64,000 nucleotides of DNA from Takakia lepidozioides (taxonomy: Eukaryota > Plantae > Bryophyta), in NCBI GenBank assembly GCA_030704615.1, contig CM060732.1:61504001-61568000 (forward strand), read 5' to 3'. The notes beneath the pieces are model-generated. The model saw only the letters and a program-made list of their open reading frames with translations. It did not search any database and was not told the DNA's origin. The translations under genes and the position numbers were made by a program. Below are positions 14,050 through 28,400 of the stretch, one piece after another (within the stretch, counting starts at the first letter, position 1; each line of letters opens with the position of its first letter).

Positions 14050-14237
14050 CTAGTGGTTGTGGCCGGTGGGTTTCAAACCACATGTATGTAAAAACAAAAA
14101 CAAAAAAAAAAAAAAAACTACATGTTGAATGTCATAAAGGTGTAGTAGGCCTTCGGGATGACCTTAATGTTTTTAGTTTTTGGTTTTTATTTTTTATACT
14201 ATTTATTGGCTCCTTAGTAGGCATAGTAAAAGTTTGA
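14050..14237 (-). mobile_element. Short non-autonomous Helitron-like element
   Basis: On the minus strand it begins A|TC (14237) and ends CTAG|T (14050), with an imperfect GTGGTTT/AAACCCAC hairpin shortly upstream of CTAG. The interior is AT-rich. Confidence 0.45.
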
Positions 14238-15752
14238 TAGTGGTGAACCTTCCCCCAAAAACACCTATAGGGTTGGGTAATAGATGAGGAACGAAAAATG
14301 GATGAGAAAGTGATCATGGATGAGGATGACAGTCGTTGAGATGACAGCGTAATTTGATGAGGTTGTATCATAGTTGTGCAATGTGGATGAAAGTAGGTCG
14401 GGCATGCGAGGGTAGGGTGATATTGAAACAGAAGGTCGGTCATCGCCTCGTTCGCTTTGAGAGGCCGCGGGGAGGGGGGCTGAGAAGTACGAGAGGAGTT
14501 AATGCAAGAGTAATGGAGGACGGGATCGACCGACAGCGGAGCGAGCAGGGAGCAGCCCCCATTGCCCAGCCTCGGCCCTTGGCGGCGCCTCGCCTCCGTA
14601 GAAGGCTGTAGATCCCATTATTGTTCCAGCTCCTTTACTGTGCTGTGTCTGGTACCTAAAGCGGAGGAACCTGTGCAGTTTTAGTAGCTGACTCAGAGCT
14701 GAGGATTTCAGGAGCTCGCAAAGTTACGGTGTTTGTTCAGTGACAATCGGACCATTGTTCTAGGTAGTGTCTGTCGCCTCCCCCTCACTGCGCCTTCATC
14801 TCTTCTACATTGTGGGTCGTCTGTGCAGAGTTAATGTCCTCAATCTTTTCACTGCAGTAGAGGGTCTCCCCGCCGCTCATCTCCAGGATCCAAGCTTTGC
14901 AACTCTCTGGGCACAATCCATCAATTTCATCACTGCAGTCGATGTCGACACTCTCGACATTTATCATGTCTGTCTCCACCTTCGTATTGAGTTCACCATG
15001 AACCTTCCCACCCAAGGAACCCTCTGACACGCTGCTAACCCTGATGCTTGAACCTTCCAGGTGACCCCAATACTGTCCAGGGGGGTATTCAGGACGTCTC
15101 TGTCCTTGCCTTCTGGTGGTCATATAATGTTCCTGACAGATCACGCCATTCAGCGTATACTCATTACACGTTACTTCCTCGCCTTTCTCCCCCGCATATA
15201 GGCATTGTGTACTCTACAATGCTTGCTCACATCTGTCAGCTGTAGTAGCTGGTTGTTGTCTCTCCCTTTCACTCCCTATCCCCCTCCATATTTGTGGGTC
15301 TCGTGCGTGCAAATTGGCGTCAATCTTTGGACCTCCGCTGTCGGATCTTTAACTTGTCCTCATTTCCCCTTCTCAACCTCTGTTGCACAGTTCCCGGACG
15401 AATTACTCGATGCAGCGTATGAATTCTCATTATAGACCTCCCTTTTCTCTCTCTTCATGTGCACAGTTTTAGCAACAATTCCAGGGAATTTACGGTTCGA
15501 CCTCTTCGTTCCATCTGGTGTCCGTTTCTATTTCAAATGCGGAGAGATGGCATGTGATGAAATGTGTTTCGAGGGTTCTGAGCAGGTCATCGACTCGAGC
15601 ATCGATTCCAAAGTCAAGGCGCGAGTTTCAGTTCTTGGCATTCTACCCGTCCCAATGCCTTGTCAGTATCTGTACTGTGGGTTATCCTTGTAGTCATCTA
15701 GAAGATTAATCTCTCTGCTCGATCACGCTTGAGCCCAGGGGTGCGGATCTTC

Positions 15753-16328
15753 ATGTCGGCTGCTGCCATGGCATTTTTAGTCTTGACGACTCTTGAAATT
15801 CTATGCTCGGTTCTAATACTCCTCTCTCACTGGCACCTTCTGTTTACTTGTGCCCAGTCCATTCACGAGAGCAGCAGCAGTCTCCGTGCGCTGGATGGTC
15901 AAGTTTCAATGAGACTGAGCCATCTAGATGTGCAGTCTTCAGTACAAAAGGGAGGTGTGACTTCGAGACGGCCTATGATCAATTTTATCAACCGGAAGCT
16001 GCGGGCGTCAGCACCCTTGTGCTCAAAGGCTGATATAAGTATTACACAGGGCTTGAGTGGGAACAGCAATGGCATCCCAGCGTTTAGTGTGCAGATAGTC
16101 AATTTGTGTGTTACCAACTGTGAGCTCATGAACATCCATGTGGCTTGTGAGGCATTTGCGTCGGCGAAGCCATTGGATGCTGGAGTGTTTAAGCGGATAA
16201 AGTTCAACGATTGCCTGGTTATCAATGGTGCACCGTTGAAAGCTGGAGGGAGTGTTGCGTTCGACTATGCCAACTCTTCAGAATACCCAATGCATGTGAT
16301 CTCAGCTGATCTTGGGCCTTGCACTTAG
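15753..16328 (+). CDS. TPD1-like (TAPETUM DETERMINANT 1 family) secreted cysteine-rich protein
   Basis: A hydrophobic N-terminus precedes CSKADISITQG..NGIPAFSVQIVNLC..C...NIHVAC..FASA..LDAGVFKR...NDCLV.NG.PL..G..V.F.YAN...YPM.V.S, the characteristic TPD1-family pattern. The start codon is inferred. Confidence 0.87.
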   Translation: MSAAAMAFLVLTTLEILCSVLILLSHWHLLFTCAQSIHESSSSLRALDGQVSMRLSHLDVQSSVQKGGVTSRRPMINFINRKLRASAPLCSKADISITQGLSGNSNGIPAFSVQIVNLCVTNCELMNIHVACEAFASAKPLDAGVFKRIKFNDCLVINGAPLKAGGSVAFDYANSSEYPMHVISADLGPCT

Positions 16329-16752
16329 GCCTCCCAGATGTTTGTACAACTTCGAAGAAATGGGAGATAGACGCTGAATCTCGCGCTGAATCTTCCCTCA
16401 ATTGTCAATCCTCGTCAGGGCTCGATATCTTGAGGCGGGAAATTCTGTTGTTTCAGCTGGCACTAGATAAAAAAAAGCTTCGAACGAGGCCCAGAAAGAA
16501 CTTCGAGGGTCCCATAAACATTTGAAACAGGTAGTGCATAAGGGCAGGGTGAGGATGGAAGCTGCTAAAGCAGCTAAGTAGCATACAGAAACCCTTATAC
16601 ATTTACTAATAGGCTATACGCACAGGCGTCGATTTTTGTAGAAAAGAGGCCCGTCCCTGTTTATTTCTGTGGGCGTAATTTGCAGCGGTTTGCAAAGCAG
16701 GCTGAATAATACCATGCATTGTTTACAATCTTGACTCAGATCACTAAGGTAA

Positions 16753-16926
16753 CTGAATTTAAGGCAGAAGATTAGAATTTCCCCTGTCAATGTGCTTTGG
16801 GCATGTCTCTGCATTCCGGCCTGTGCTCTCGCTATTCTTCTGAATTTAAGGCAGAAGATTAAAATTCCCAAGTCAATTTGCTTTGGGCATGTCTCTGCAT
16901 TCCGGTCTCTGCTCTCGCTATTCTTA
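16753..16926. repeat. Two-copy tandem duplication of an ~87-bp unit
   Basis: CTGAATTTAAGGCAGAAGATT...GCTCTCGCTATTCTT begins at both 16753 and 16840. Confidence 0.85.
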
Positions 16927-19699
16927 CCACATTCTGTTTTCCACTAATTCTAGTAGCATTCGAAACTCATGTTGTTGGCGAGTGGAGCTTGAGAGAGAGA
17001 AGAGGCTCTACGGGACTGGAGAGAGGGCACAGACAGCGAGCACTCATTGATTGCCTGACTCCCTGAAGGAGGAATGGACCAAGATACAGCAGTAATCAGA
17101 TACAGACAGTTTGCACTGATTTGGCTACGTCATGACGAGCCAAAGGCAACCCGGACACAAATGGACAATCACGGTCAAAAGACTTGCACATGGACTTGTC
17201 CTCTCTCGTACTCCCTCGCTTGCCTCGATTTTGACACTTGGCTCTACCCCAGGCAAATTTCTTGAGTGGAGCTGGAAGGGAGTCTGCCCTTCACGTTTCC
17301 CGATATGGAAAGTGTGCCGTTTGGCTCTTAACTCTTAACTCTTATTAACCCTTCACAGCATTTACAGTTGGACCTTTCGTCCATCTGCTCTTTGCAGACG
17401 GAAGACACTCCTAGTTATTTTACAGCTGTGGCACATCATGTCAAACCGATGATACAGTCATCAATATATCCAGCCATCCAGTCATCAATCTACTTAACCC
17501 GCATGTGTAACTTAAGGTTTTATGGTTTTCAATCCACTTTTCTGAACCTCCTGAGTCGCATGTTTTCGGCAAAGTAAACGTAATTATGCAAAGGTACTAC
17601 TCAATTCAAAACGGACTGCTCAGAAACAGTGAGCCGAAGGTCTTAGGTGAGTGCCCAGGATTTCCAATCACCTCACTTGTGAAACTGCATACTCTAATCA
17701 CCATGTCAAGCAGGGCACGACCAGTTATGGGTTACAACGTTTGCCTTCAGTCAGTTCGAAAGCTTTGAGAAACTGTTGATCGCTGATGTTTGAGCCTGTT
17801 ATTATGGTTTCAGCCTCTGGTAGCCTTGAGTTAGACTTGTTACATGTACTGTTTGAAATTTTCCTGTAGTCTGCACACTCTCAGATTAGATTATTTTGTC
17901 TTGGGGTTAGGTTGGGTTCCTAGGTAGTCATGAGGACGTCCACAGGTGGAGATGTTCGTCAACTATGTTATTTGGAGCAACGTCCAAATTTTTCTGAGGT
18001 TAGTATCTACAGTAAACTGTAGGGCGTCGTGCATGGAGTTACTTAGCCATGCAAAGAGACGTTCTCAGGATAGCAAGCCATAGCACTTGAATATTTTAAA
18101 CAATACCGTTTGGCGTGATCCAATGAGTAGTTCTCCTGATCTGGCCATTTGAACCCATCTGTGTACGTGTACATAGCGCTGGCAAATGCTTTTGGGAATT
18201 TGGGAATACTTGGAGGACTTTCTCCATAGTTTATGAATATCACGCTGACTTTACTGGGAGAGGTAGATTTTGAAAGATGGTGCCAGAAAATTATTTTAAA
18301 TACAAGTGTGTTTGCCACACTTTGATTGACTTTATGTATGTAAAGAGCCAGAAAGCAATGAAGCCAGATTATGACAAGGGAATGATCAAAAGTGGGGTCT
18401 GAAATTGGTAATGGGCATTCTATTTAGGAACAGCCCCATCGAACCAAAGTGTAGCAGGGCGGGGAGGGTGCAAGATTGAAATTGCCAGAGCTTTCAAGGC
18501 TCGTGAGAACTCTCTAACAACAGATCATACCCGATCATTATATCCGACAATTCAAGTCAGATAACTGCATTCATTCTGACAAGTATCAACACTCATTGTC
18601 GCAAAAAGTAACGTCACCAGCCTGGTCGTGAGACTCGCCCGCCTCCTTCATGCGTGTTATACAGCTTTTTATTCTAGGCAGCCTGGCATTAGAATGGCAA
18701 AGGAATGATGTTTTGCCAGAGTAACGGGTATGGAATCTCACTAATGGAATCATGATTTCTTTTGGTTGCCTCCCACAGCTACAGTAATGGAAGCTACAGT
18801 AATGGAATGATAGATCTGCAAAGAACCAGAAAATAATAGTCCATGCAGTATTAAGTACCATCCACAGCTTGACAGATGAAACGTTGAAATCCACTCCTGG
18901 TAGGACAGACGCGTGCTAGTCCTGCGCTCTGAAACTTGACATTAACTTCGTGGAATTTCATCCCTGCTCCATAGTAAACGCTTATGGCGGCTGCTGCTAC
19001 AAACCCACATGGCGTCAACAGGGACCCACGCTGACATTTATAGTGGAAATCATATCTTACTGGCACATACAATCTCTGTATGGGTCCTGTACCCTTTTCT
19101 AGAGACATCCAACAGTAAATCCAAAAGTATTTGTTAGTGGGCACATGAAAGCTCATAAACCGAGGTTTGCAGCATGCTACTTTGGAGACTTCCTCTCGTA
19201 CAGTACATCAATCCCTTGTCCACTAGGCTAGGCTGATAAGCTACGTTCACTGTTAGGATCCCACATTACTCTTATTGATCGGGAAAATATACAGTAAAGT
19301 CAAAGTAAAATGGGAATTTAGAAAGACACGGACAAGGAAGGACAGGTCCACGTGAGGCATGCTGCAGCAAGGTAGAGCCTGGAGAAAGAGACACTGGCAT
19401 CTGTGGCTTATTATAAGTCACAAGCTATCATTTGCCTGCACAAACCGTCACACCAACCACTACCTTTTGCCGCTCTGCTGCTCATGAGGCCACTATCTAC
19501 ACCAGTACTGATCTACACTCTCACCAAATTCCTTTCGACCAACAAACATGTGTATGATTTTTTTTTACCTCCAAGTAAATACCTATGGGCCCTTATTTCT
19601 CTCCGTAATTTAAATTGCACAATTATTTATTCCTGAGCTTGGCCTCCCCTGTGGACATTTAATATATCTCATTCATATAGAACCTGAGCAATGAAGTTA

Positions 19700-21950
19700 T
19701 CCGTAAACTGCCAAAAACTGGGGAAGAGTACCCCGAGATTGGCCAAAAGTGGGGACGAATTAACAAACTAGGGACCAAACTCATACAAAGGAAAAAAAAC
19801 ACGGGATGAAACTATGTAGTTTTCTTACCAAAACTGGGGTCATACCAGTTTGGGTTTTCCTGAGCTGCACGCCCGGTGATGCTGAGCGACCTAAAGCTGT
19901 ATGGGTGTGACAAAGTGGAGCGGCTGCGAGTTGCGTTGGTACATGGAGAGTCGTGAGCTGCCATAGCTGATAAGGAGGAGCTTTATGGCGTGAAACAAGG
20001 ATACAAAGTGGTGATGGTGCTGGGTTTTGATGAAATTGATAGTTTCTAGGGTTCAGGTTTGCAGGTGTAGATTGGGAGGATTCAAAGCACTGAACAAAGC
20101 ATATGGAGGGTCATATTGAATATGACCTGCTGCAATATGAGAACAATGCAGAGAATTGGGGGTTTATGGAATCTGATCCCATGGAAGATGAAATGCTTCA
20201 TGAGACTAGCATAGAGAGTGAACATGCCAATGGCAAGCTCCCTATAAAGCGCAAGGCAAAGGCTACCCGGAAAGATCCAGCCCACAGACCAATCGTGGAG
20301 TCCTTGCATCTTAGCACAATAGTGACTGCCTACAACCATCACTTTGCTATTTATAGTAGGGATAGAAAGAAAGTTATTCAATTGATTCCTAATGTTGTTT
20401 GGAAGACGGGTTATGCAAACTACCTATAACAGTACCATGATTCTCAGTTTCAAGAAGACACCTTGAAGGACCGCCTACTGGAGACCTTGAAAGAGTTGAA
20501 AACATGCAGATAGTGCTGATGCATCATCACTCTCACATAGTATAGTTGCCAGTCTGAAAACAATAGTTGACCGAATCCCCGGCATCGCAGTTGTCATTGC
20601 AAAAAATAATGGAGCTTGACAAATTGCCGTAGCCGCCCCCAACAATGTACTGGCTGTACCTTGCTTTGTAGCACCACCCACTAGCATTTCCCGAGCGACA
20701 CCAACTCTTTTCAATGGCACTCTTGGTTCAGACGTCTCCACTTGCACTCTAGACCACCAATCCCCCACTCCACTCGGACTCGATAGACAGTATGCATCTA
20801 ACGGCTGACTGATCATTACCTGAGCTAATTCCAGTCTCCCAATCCTACGCATTATGAACATCTCCTCACCCATGTAACCTAGATCTCCCAATAAGTACTC
20901 GAAGTACTCATCTTCATCATGTACAAAATGCTCACGTCAGTTCTCGTAAAAATCAGAGTGCCGCAGGATGCTCACATCATGGAAGATCCCGGATATCCAA
21001 GGTCGATATGAATGAAGAATCCTTGGTGATCAACAATTATAACCGTGTTGTTCATGGAATACATTTTTTTCCGACAACTCTTGTTCTTCTCATTTTGCCA
21101 AGGTCTCCGAGTATTCAGTAAGGTCCCATCAATAGGGAAATTTTGCTATGTGTTGGGCTGATATAGCTCGTTCTTGAATTATTGGCCACCGAATCTCGTT
21201 TGCAATCCTGTGATTCACACATAAAGCTATGAAAATTGAATCATCACATATGAACATCTTTGACCAATTCCAGATGAAAGAATTAAAAATGGTTACATTA
21301 TCATGCTTCATATATAAGATGAAATTCAAGAGCCTTTGCTGAAGGGTCAACTTTGATGGACGACCTGCAAGAAGGTGACCTTTCTCTAATAAATCTAGCA
21401 TGAGACATTATCGTAGGTATCACTAGTGCACTTAGCTCATCAAACTCTTCTAGTTTAAAGTTGGTCATGGTCTTGAACAGCAAGGGAATGGCTCTCATAG
21501 TAGCCAAAACGTCTCGAACACCTACATTGGAATCGATTGACTGCTGAACCTCATCATTGAGCTCGTTTGCATTAAACATGTCAACAGAATTTGCAGCTGC
21601 AACTGCGCATTGAAAAATCACCTGTGCCTCCCTCTCCATATCACCCAAGATCAGTTCTTCATTGCTACTTGAAGAAGACAACTCCTCATTACAGCTACTT
21701 GAAAAATCCATCATGAATGTGAAAGGGCCTCCAACAAAAACCTCCCTGTTTTTTCTTATACTTTTAGAGTATCAGATCATGTCAAGGTCAAGGAGTAGCA
21801 CACATGCCCAATTTGACAAACTTGTGCCCAGTTTGACAAACTCGGGTTCAATTTAGCTCGTGATTTTACGTTTGCATTCAAATTGGGGATGAAAGACGAG
21901 TTAGAGGTCCAAATTGGGACCATACAGAGAGAAGAGATAAGACTCCGGCC
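19700..21950 (-). mobile_element. Internally deleted PIF/Harbinger (ISL2EU-like) transposon with two convergent decayed genes
   Basis: Minus-strand fragments at about 20820-21714 read RPSKLTLQQRLLNFILYMKH, IRWP, IDGT, GYPGS.HDVSILR and LLGDLGY (DDE_Tnp_4-like). A second broken plus-strand ORF occupies 20103-~20790. Boundaries are approximate. Confidence 0.75.
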
Positions 21951-22600
21951 TAAACCGGCGTAATTAAGAACCACTTCGCCTCACAGCTACTGCCCCCTTT
22001 TGGGGGTGGTTTGTCACATTATAATAACTATGGACTTGAACAACCTCTAGAAAAAAACCAGTTTTCTCAGTGAATTTTAGGATGTCATCTACATGTAAAA
22101 TTGAAAGAGTAAAAAACAAGCTGCGCAATGGCTCTACCATCCAATGCGGGGCATAATGTGTTGTCGGCTTGGCTGGAAGACACTAGCCTTCGGGGTCAAG
22201 AGACACCATAATTTACGGTTCCTTCCGGAAGTGTTATATATATATATATATATATATAGGCGCGGATGTTTGTCCAAAGTGTGGTCCAATTGTGAACTAC
22301 ATTTTGTAATAGTTTCCATAAATTGTATTTGTCATATTAAACATCCTCATAAATTGTCACAATGTCATGGTTGAATCATTTTCTAAAATATTATAATGCA
22401 CTTACAGCGACGTTTTCTGGGATTTTATCAACTATTGTTTGCAGATGACATAAAAATGTATAGCTTTATAAAGGGCAATAATATGAATATCTCGTTTTAT
22501 GTTGTCTTTAAAAAAATTGAAAGTGACCATTATATATTCAACACCAGCAAATGAAAAAATGTCATGTGGGAGAGAAAAGACTATGGCCAAGGTGGCTTAA

Positions 22601-23515
22601 GGGCCCTACCACACGAGCAGCAGTGAGCGGCAATGACGTGGGAAGTTTCTGGCTAGGATTATCACGCGCAATGGTATAGAGCGTAGGTACATGTCAGCAA
22701 AACAAAAAACCACTACCACACGACCCGCAGTCGGGTATGGATAAGGAGGCACGAAGTGATGAGAACGAGATGGATGTCTTTTCCTTGCTGCCGACATTTT
22801 TTTGGTTCTTCGAGACAGATCAAACTGATGTGCTGAGTGACGAAGCGAGTTAAAAAATCAAACATGGACAATCAAATAAGAGCCCTCATGCATTGTCGCC
22901 CTCGTGTGTCAGGTAGCCATGTACGTAATGTGTGAAGTGAGCTTCTACATACAAGAAGCTCAAATTGTATTGCATCACCAAAGAATTTCCTCTCTACTCT
23001 TAGCATTCCATGTTGTAGAAACTCTAAGGAAGCATCATCAGCGAGCATTGTGGGCATATGAGAGGGTTCAAGGCTTCATGAACCAGAATCTACTCGGTTC
23101 TTTCAATCACTATGAGTTCAAAAATAGTATGAGAATGAATAAAGAGACTTTCAATTATATTTGTTCCAGTGCTGCACCTTTCAAAAGAGATGTGATACGA
23201 ACATACGATTTGCAATTCCTCTTGAAACTTGTGTTGCAATCTCGATCTTGCGGCTAACAAATGGACATGGGATGCAAATGATAGCTGATTTGTATGGGGT
23301 AGGGTTGTCTACAAGCCAATTGGTAGTCATAGATTTCCTTAGTGCTCTCAAATTTGCTTTGAAAAATATATATATCAAGTGGTATTCAACTCTTGTGATG
23401 GAAAAGTATGCTTCTGAAGTTGAAGCATTACATGGGATTCCATGGGTAGTTGCAGCAGCGGATGGCTCTCACATTCTTATCATCTCTCCTCATCTTCATG
23501 CTGCGGACTACTGGG
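22601..23515 (+). mobile_element. Truncated PIF/Harbinger transposon (HARBI1-like transposase pseudogene)
   Basis: It starts TAA|GGGCCCTACCACACG, a Harbinger-like end. Peptides include FKNSMRMNKETFNYIC, AIPLETCVAISILRL, IADLYGVGLST and GIPWVVAAADGSHI. The right end was not found. Confidence 0.75.
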
Positions 23516-24147
23516 GGAGGTCATTCCCTAGTATATCTTTTATATATCACGTGCGAAGAAAGGGAAATATGTATGGGGGTGTTATTTTTATTTTGGTCTT
23601 TATCGGTCACCCTATATTTACATAATTTTGTAAAATGTTGGATTTTTGGCATGCTATGTTAATTATATTTTACTGATGCTAGCAAATTTCAGGCATGCTA
23701 TAGTAATATATGTCTATCGATTTATTATCTGTTACATCATACTTGAATTTAAGGTACCCTCTAGATTTGCGAACCAAGTGCCTTCAACAGTTCAAGTCCC
23801 AAAATCCTCCCCATATCCAAGTCTAGCCCACCTAATAAACTAATAACTAGATGACACGTGTCCCCGGTCTTTATCAGGACCCTATTGGTAGTTTTTATTT
23901 ATTTATTTTTTAATAACTATATTCCAAGCCCTATACTCATTTATATTCCAAAACCACGATATATTGGTATCCTTATTTATATGTAATTATTTTTTTAAAT
24001 ATTATATGTCAAGAATACATTGTACATTATATTTTTTTGCACCGTCGTAGTATATCGGAATATTTGGAAGTGACCTCCTCTAGGCAGACTATTACAATCG
24101 CAAGGGATTTCATTCAGTTTTTCTTCAGGGAGTAGTCACAAACAAGT

Positions 24148-24807
24148 TGTCAAGGACAAGAATATGACTGAACATAAACAAGAGATCAGACTAGAGGTAC
24201 AAGACTAGACAAGAAGTCAAAGTCGGCATGGCCGAATGCATGGTGGATCAACATGAATCAAGATGATCTTTATAACAATGGACAAGAGTACAAGATACTA
24301 GAACTCGACTCGAATACTGGAATGCTGGAAACTGGACTGGGGTACCCGATACTGGAAACTGAACTAGAATACTGGAAGCTGGACTAGAGTACTGGGACTG
24401 GGAACAAGAGTAGCTTGAACTTGTGTTGGCGAGACTAAAGAGTGTCCAGTCTCATCTCCTATATATACTGGCTACTAAGAAGTTCCTTAAGAAGCTTCTC
24501 CTATAGAGGTTTCTTGATGGAGAAGTTTTCAAGATTAAACAAATGTTTATTGATGGAGAAGCTTTTTTAAGCAAATGAGGTATCTTGATGGAGAAGTTTC
24601 ATCCAAATGAAGCTTCCTGAGCAGTTTCCCAAGTTACTCTTGGTAATTTGGTAAACTCCCGGTAACTTGGTAACTAATGGTAAATTATGGTAGATCATGG
24701 TAGATCATGATAAATCACGGTAAGTCATGGTAATTTCTGGTAACATGATAACTTGGTAACTTCTGGTATTTACTCCTGGTAAGTTTATCTGGGCTATGTC
24801 CGTGACA
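24148..24807 (-). repeat. 3' LTR of the Gypsy element
   Basis: TG..CA termini, high similarity to 29976-30518, and internal TGGTAA and ACTGGAA microrepeats. Confidence 0.9.
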
Positions 24808-25419
24808 TCACCCTCTTCTCTAGCGCCGAGTTCCTCGAGGAGCGGTAAAATCTTGGACTTGCTTAGAGTTGGAGAAAATCCAAAATCCGGCGAATAATAC
24901 TTGCCAAGTATTCAGCTATTCATTCTTGACTCAAATGATTTATAGGTCATTGCAACCATCGATAGTGTCCAACACCTTGAACTTGGGACCACGCAGTGAT
25001 TTGAGCATTCTGATTTTCGAAGCTGCATTCAAACATGATTTCGTTGCCCTCTGGATCTGAAGCCTCAACTTCCAATAGAATTATCAGACTTCGAGTAGAC
25101 TCCACTTGCCGTCGTATGGGGTCCAGACGAGGAAGTACGCGTCGCATTGGTGGCCCATCGTCTCGAGAGCGTCGGCGTGATGTTGAAGGTCGTGAGAGTC
25201 GGAACGGCTGATCTGGTAATTGGGTAAGCGACAACTCCAATGTATCTGGTTCTTGTGACTTCATGTTCCCAATACAAGATACAATAGTGCTGGAAGTGTA
25301 ACTATATATACTGATGTGTGGTGCTCCTCCCTCCTTAGCGTGTATCAGGTACATTGACTGTGGAGTCTTCACCTTGAAGCTAACTTGGCTGACATCATTG
25401 TTATGACGTCTTATTGACG

Positions 25420-28400
25420 TGTAGCTCGGGGTTTAGCTGGATATCGTTGATGAAACTCTTGGACTTTGTCAGATGCATTGGCAAGGTTGGATGAAGGTTC
25501 TCACGTTCATTCGCTGATGTCGTAGCCTTTCCAATGTACGAAATACTCAAGACGTTTATACTTGATGTGAGAGTCTAAGACTTCGTCGACTTCATACTCG
25601 ATTTCCTGATTAACTTCGATTGGTGGAGGTGGTACAGAGACTCTCCCTGGAATATTCGATGAATGATACAACTCCAATAATGAAACATGAAAGACTGGAT
25701 GGATGCGTATACTTCGTGGGAGTTCAAGCCGAAAACTGACCAGATTTATTTGTCGAATAATTTTGAATGGTCCCAGACGTTAATAATCCAACTTCCTTGA
25801 TGGTCGCGAGGTTTGTATGTCCCGTTGAAGAAACCACACACGATCTCCGACCTTGAATTGGGGTTGGAGTTAGCGATGTTGATCTGCATACTCCTTGTAT
25901 TATTTTTGAGCTTCTGCGAGGTGGAATGTAAGCTCCTTGTGAATCGTAGCAAGATGAGTAGCAAGGTTTTCTGCAGCAGGACTTCCAATAGTCTTCATGT
26001 GGAAAAGGTTTGCTCGAGGATAATGACCATAATTGGAGAAAAATGAAGTTTGTTTGGTCGAAGAATGTATAGTGTTGTTGTAGGCAAACTCAGCCAGTGA
26101 CAGAAGGTCCGTCCAATTATCTTGGTGATAATTTATCGTACAACGAAGATACCGCTCCAAAATCTGGTTTACGCGTTCAGTTTGACCATTAGTCTGTGGA
26201 TGATTAATTGTAGAGAGATTGATCTTAGTATCCAATATGTGAAATAATCCCCTCCATAAATTTGATATGAATTGTGGTCCTCGATTAGATACGATGTCCT
26301 TCGAGAGTCCATGAATGCGGTAGATATTATTGAGGAAGAGTCTTGCAGTTTCCTCGCCAGTAACCGTCTTATTACATGGAATGAAATGTGTTATCTTCGT
26401 AAAACGATCTACAATAACAAGGATTGAATCGGTGGTCTTGGAAATTAGAAGGTCCGTAATAAAGTCCATAGACATGGACGACCATGGACCCTTAGGAATG
26501 GGTAATGGTTGAAGAAGGCCGTAAAGTCGATGTTGTGATCCCTTTGCTCTAGCACACGTGTCGCAAGATTTTATAAATTCTTTCACGAGTTTCTAAATCT
26601 GCGGCCACCAATAGTTCCTGGATATCAATTCCATTGTTTTGTTGAAGCTGAAATGTCCTGCAGTCGGAAGATCACGACAAGTTTGAAGAATTCGAAGTCG
26701 TGTAGGTCTTGGAGGTACATAGAGAAGTCCCTTGAAATAAAGTAAGTAATCTTTGAATTTGAAGTAGTTTGTAACATGTGGGTTGTCTTGAGGTCGATTT
26801 TGTTGACTTTGTAGTGTCGTAGCAAATTGGTCGCTCTTCAGTGCTTCCTGAATCTCTTTTATGATCTCTGCATCGTCATAGGTGGACATGGATAGCATAT
26901 TCAATTGAAGATTTGTTGGTTTCAAGATGATGGATTTCTGTTGGTCAAAAGCTGCATCCCCTTCTTTTGGCGCAAGATACGATCGTCGAGAAAGAGCATC
27001 TGGTTTTCCTTGAAGATGTCCGGGATAGTAGGTAATAACAAAATCAAACCTTGCTAGTGACATACTCCATCTCGCTTGACGTCGATTCAAAACACGATCA
27101 CTCATAAAATACTCGAGATTTTTGTGATCAGTATAGACAGTGACCTGATGTTTAGCTCCCTCCAATAGATGACGTCACTCCTCAAAAATATCGATAATCG
27201 CTAGAAGTTCTTTGTCATGGATTTCATAATTGATCTCCGCAGCGGAAAATTTGCGAGAACGAAAATCAACAGAGTGGAGTCGGCCATCTGTACCGTATTG
27301 AAAGAGTACCGCGCCAAGTGCAAAGTCCGATGCATCTGTTTCCAAAAAGAATGATTTAGGTGGGTCTGCATGTACCAGTTGGAGCCGTTGTAAATGTCTG
27401 TTTCAGCCTTTCAAATGCTTGGTCAGCCTTCTCGTCCCATACAAATTTGTCCTTCCCTTTGAGTCGTGTCAATGGTGCAACAATTTTGATGTAGTCATTG
27501 ATGAAGATTCTATAGAAATTTGCAAATCCCAGAAAACATTGTACATCTCGGACCGAAGTTGGTTTAATCCACTCGATGACGGTTTGTATTTTTTTCTGAT
27601 CCATGAAGAGGCCTTTGTCGGAAATACTGCAGGAAATTCGACCTTAGATTGATGGAAAAGACATTTTTCCAACTTAACATATAGTCTTTTTTCTCTTAAT
27701 TTATCAAAGACAATGCGTACATAGCGACCATGTTATTCTTCATTCTGTGAAAATATCAAAATATCGTCCAAATAGATGACTACAAAGTCATCTAAGAATT
27801 CTCGAAATATGTCATTCATCATATATTAAAAAATTGCTAGAGCATTTGTAAGACCGAAAGGCATAACACTGTATTCAAAATGTCCATACCTTGTTCGAAA
27901 AGTTGTTTTCCATTCGTCTCCTTCTTTTATCCGTACAAGGTTATAAGCTCATCTCAAGTCAATTTTGGTGAAAATCTTCGCTCGTCCCAGTTGGTCGAGA
28001 AGCCCAGAAATCAGCGGCAATCGATAACGATTCTTAATTGTGACTTTGTTGAGACCGCGATAGTCTACACACATGCGTAATGATCCGTCCTTCTTTTTCA
28101 CAAACAAGATAAGCACCCCCGCAGGTGATTTTGAATGTCGGATGAAGTTCTTCGACAAATTTTCATCAATGTACTCACGTAATGCAGCCAACTCCGTCTG
28201 GGATAAGTTATAGATTGGGCCGAATGGTGGTTGGGCTCCTTCTTGTAACTCAATTGCACAGTCATAGGATCGATGTTCTGGCAATATATCTGCATTTTTC
28301 TTCTCGAAGACATCCTTGAAATCTTGATATTGAGCGGGTAATGTTGAAGTACCTTTGTCTGTTGTGGTCTTGATCGGAGTCGCATAAAGTGCAAATGCCG

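Noticed and set aside
18043-19156. Minus-strand ORF fragments resembling a membrane protein or enzyme
   Set aside because: They are fragmentary, with no diagnostic motif I can support.
23845-23890. Helitron 3' end (CTAG|T on minus strand)
   Set aside because: The hairpin is weak and no matching 5' TC end could be fixed.
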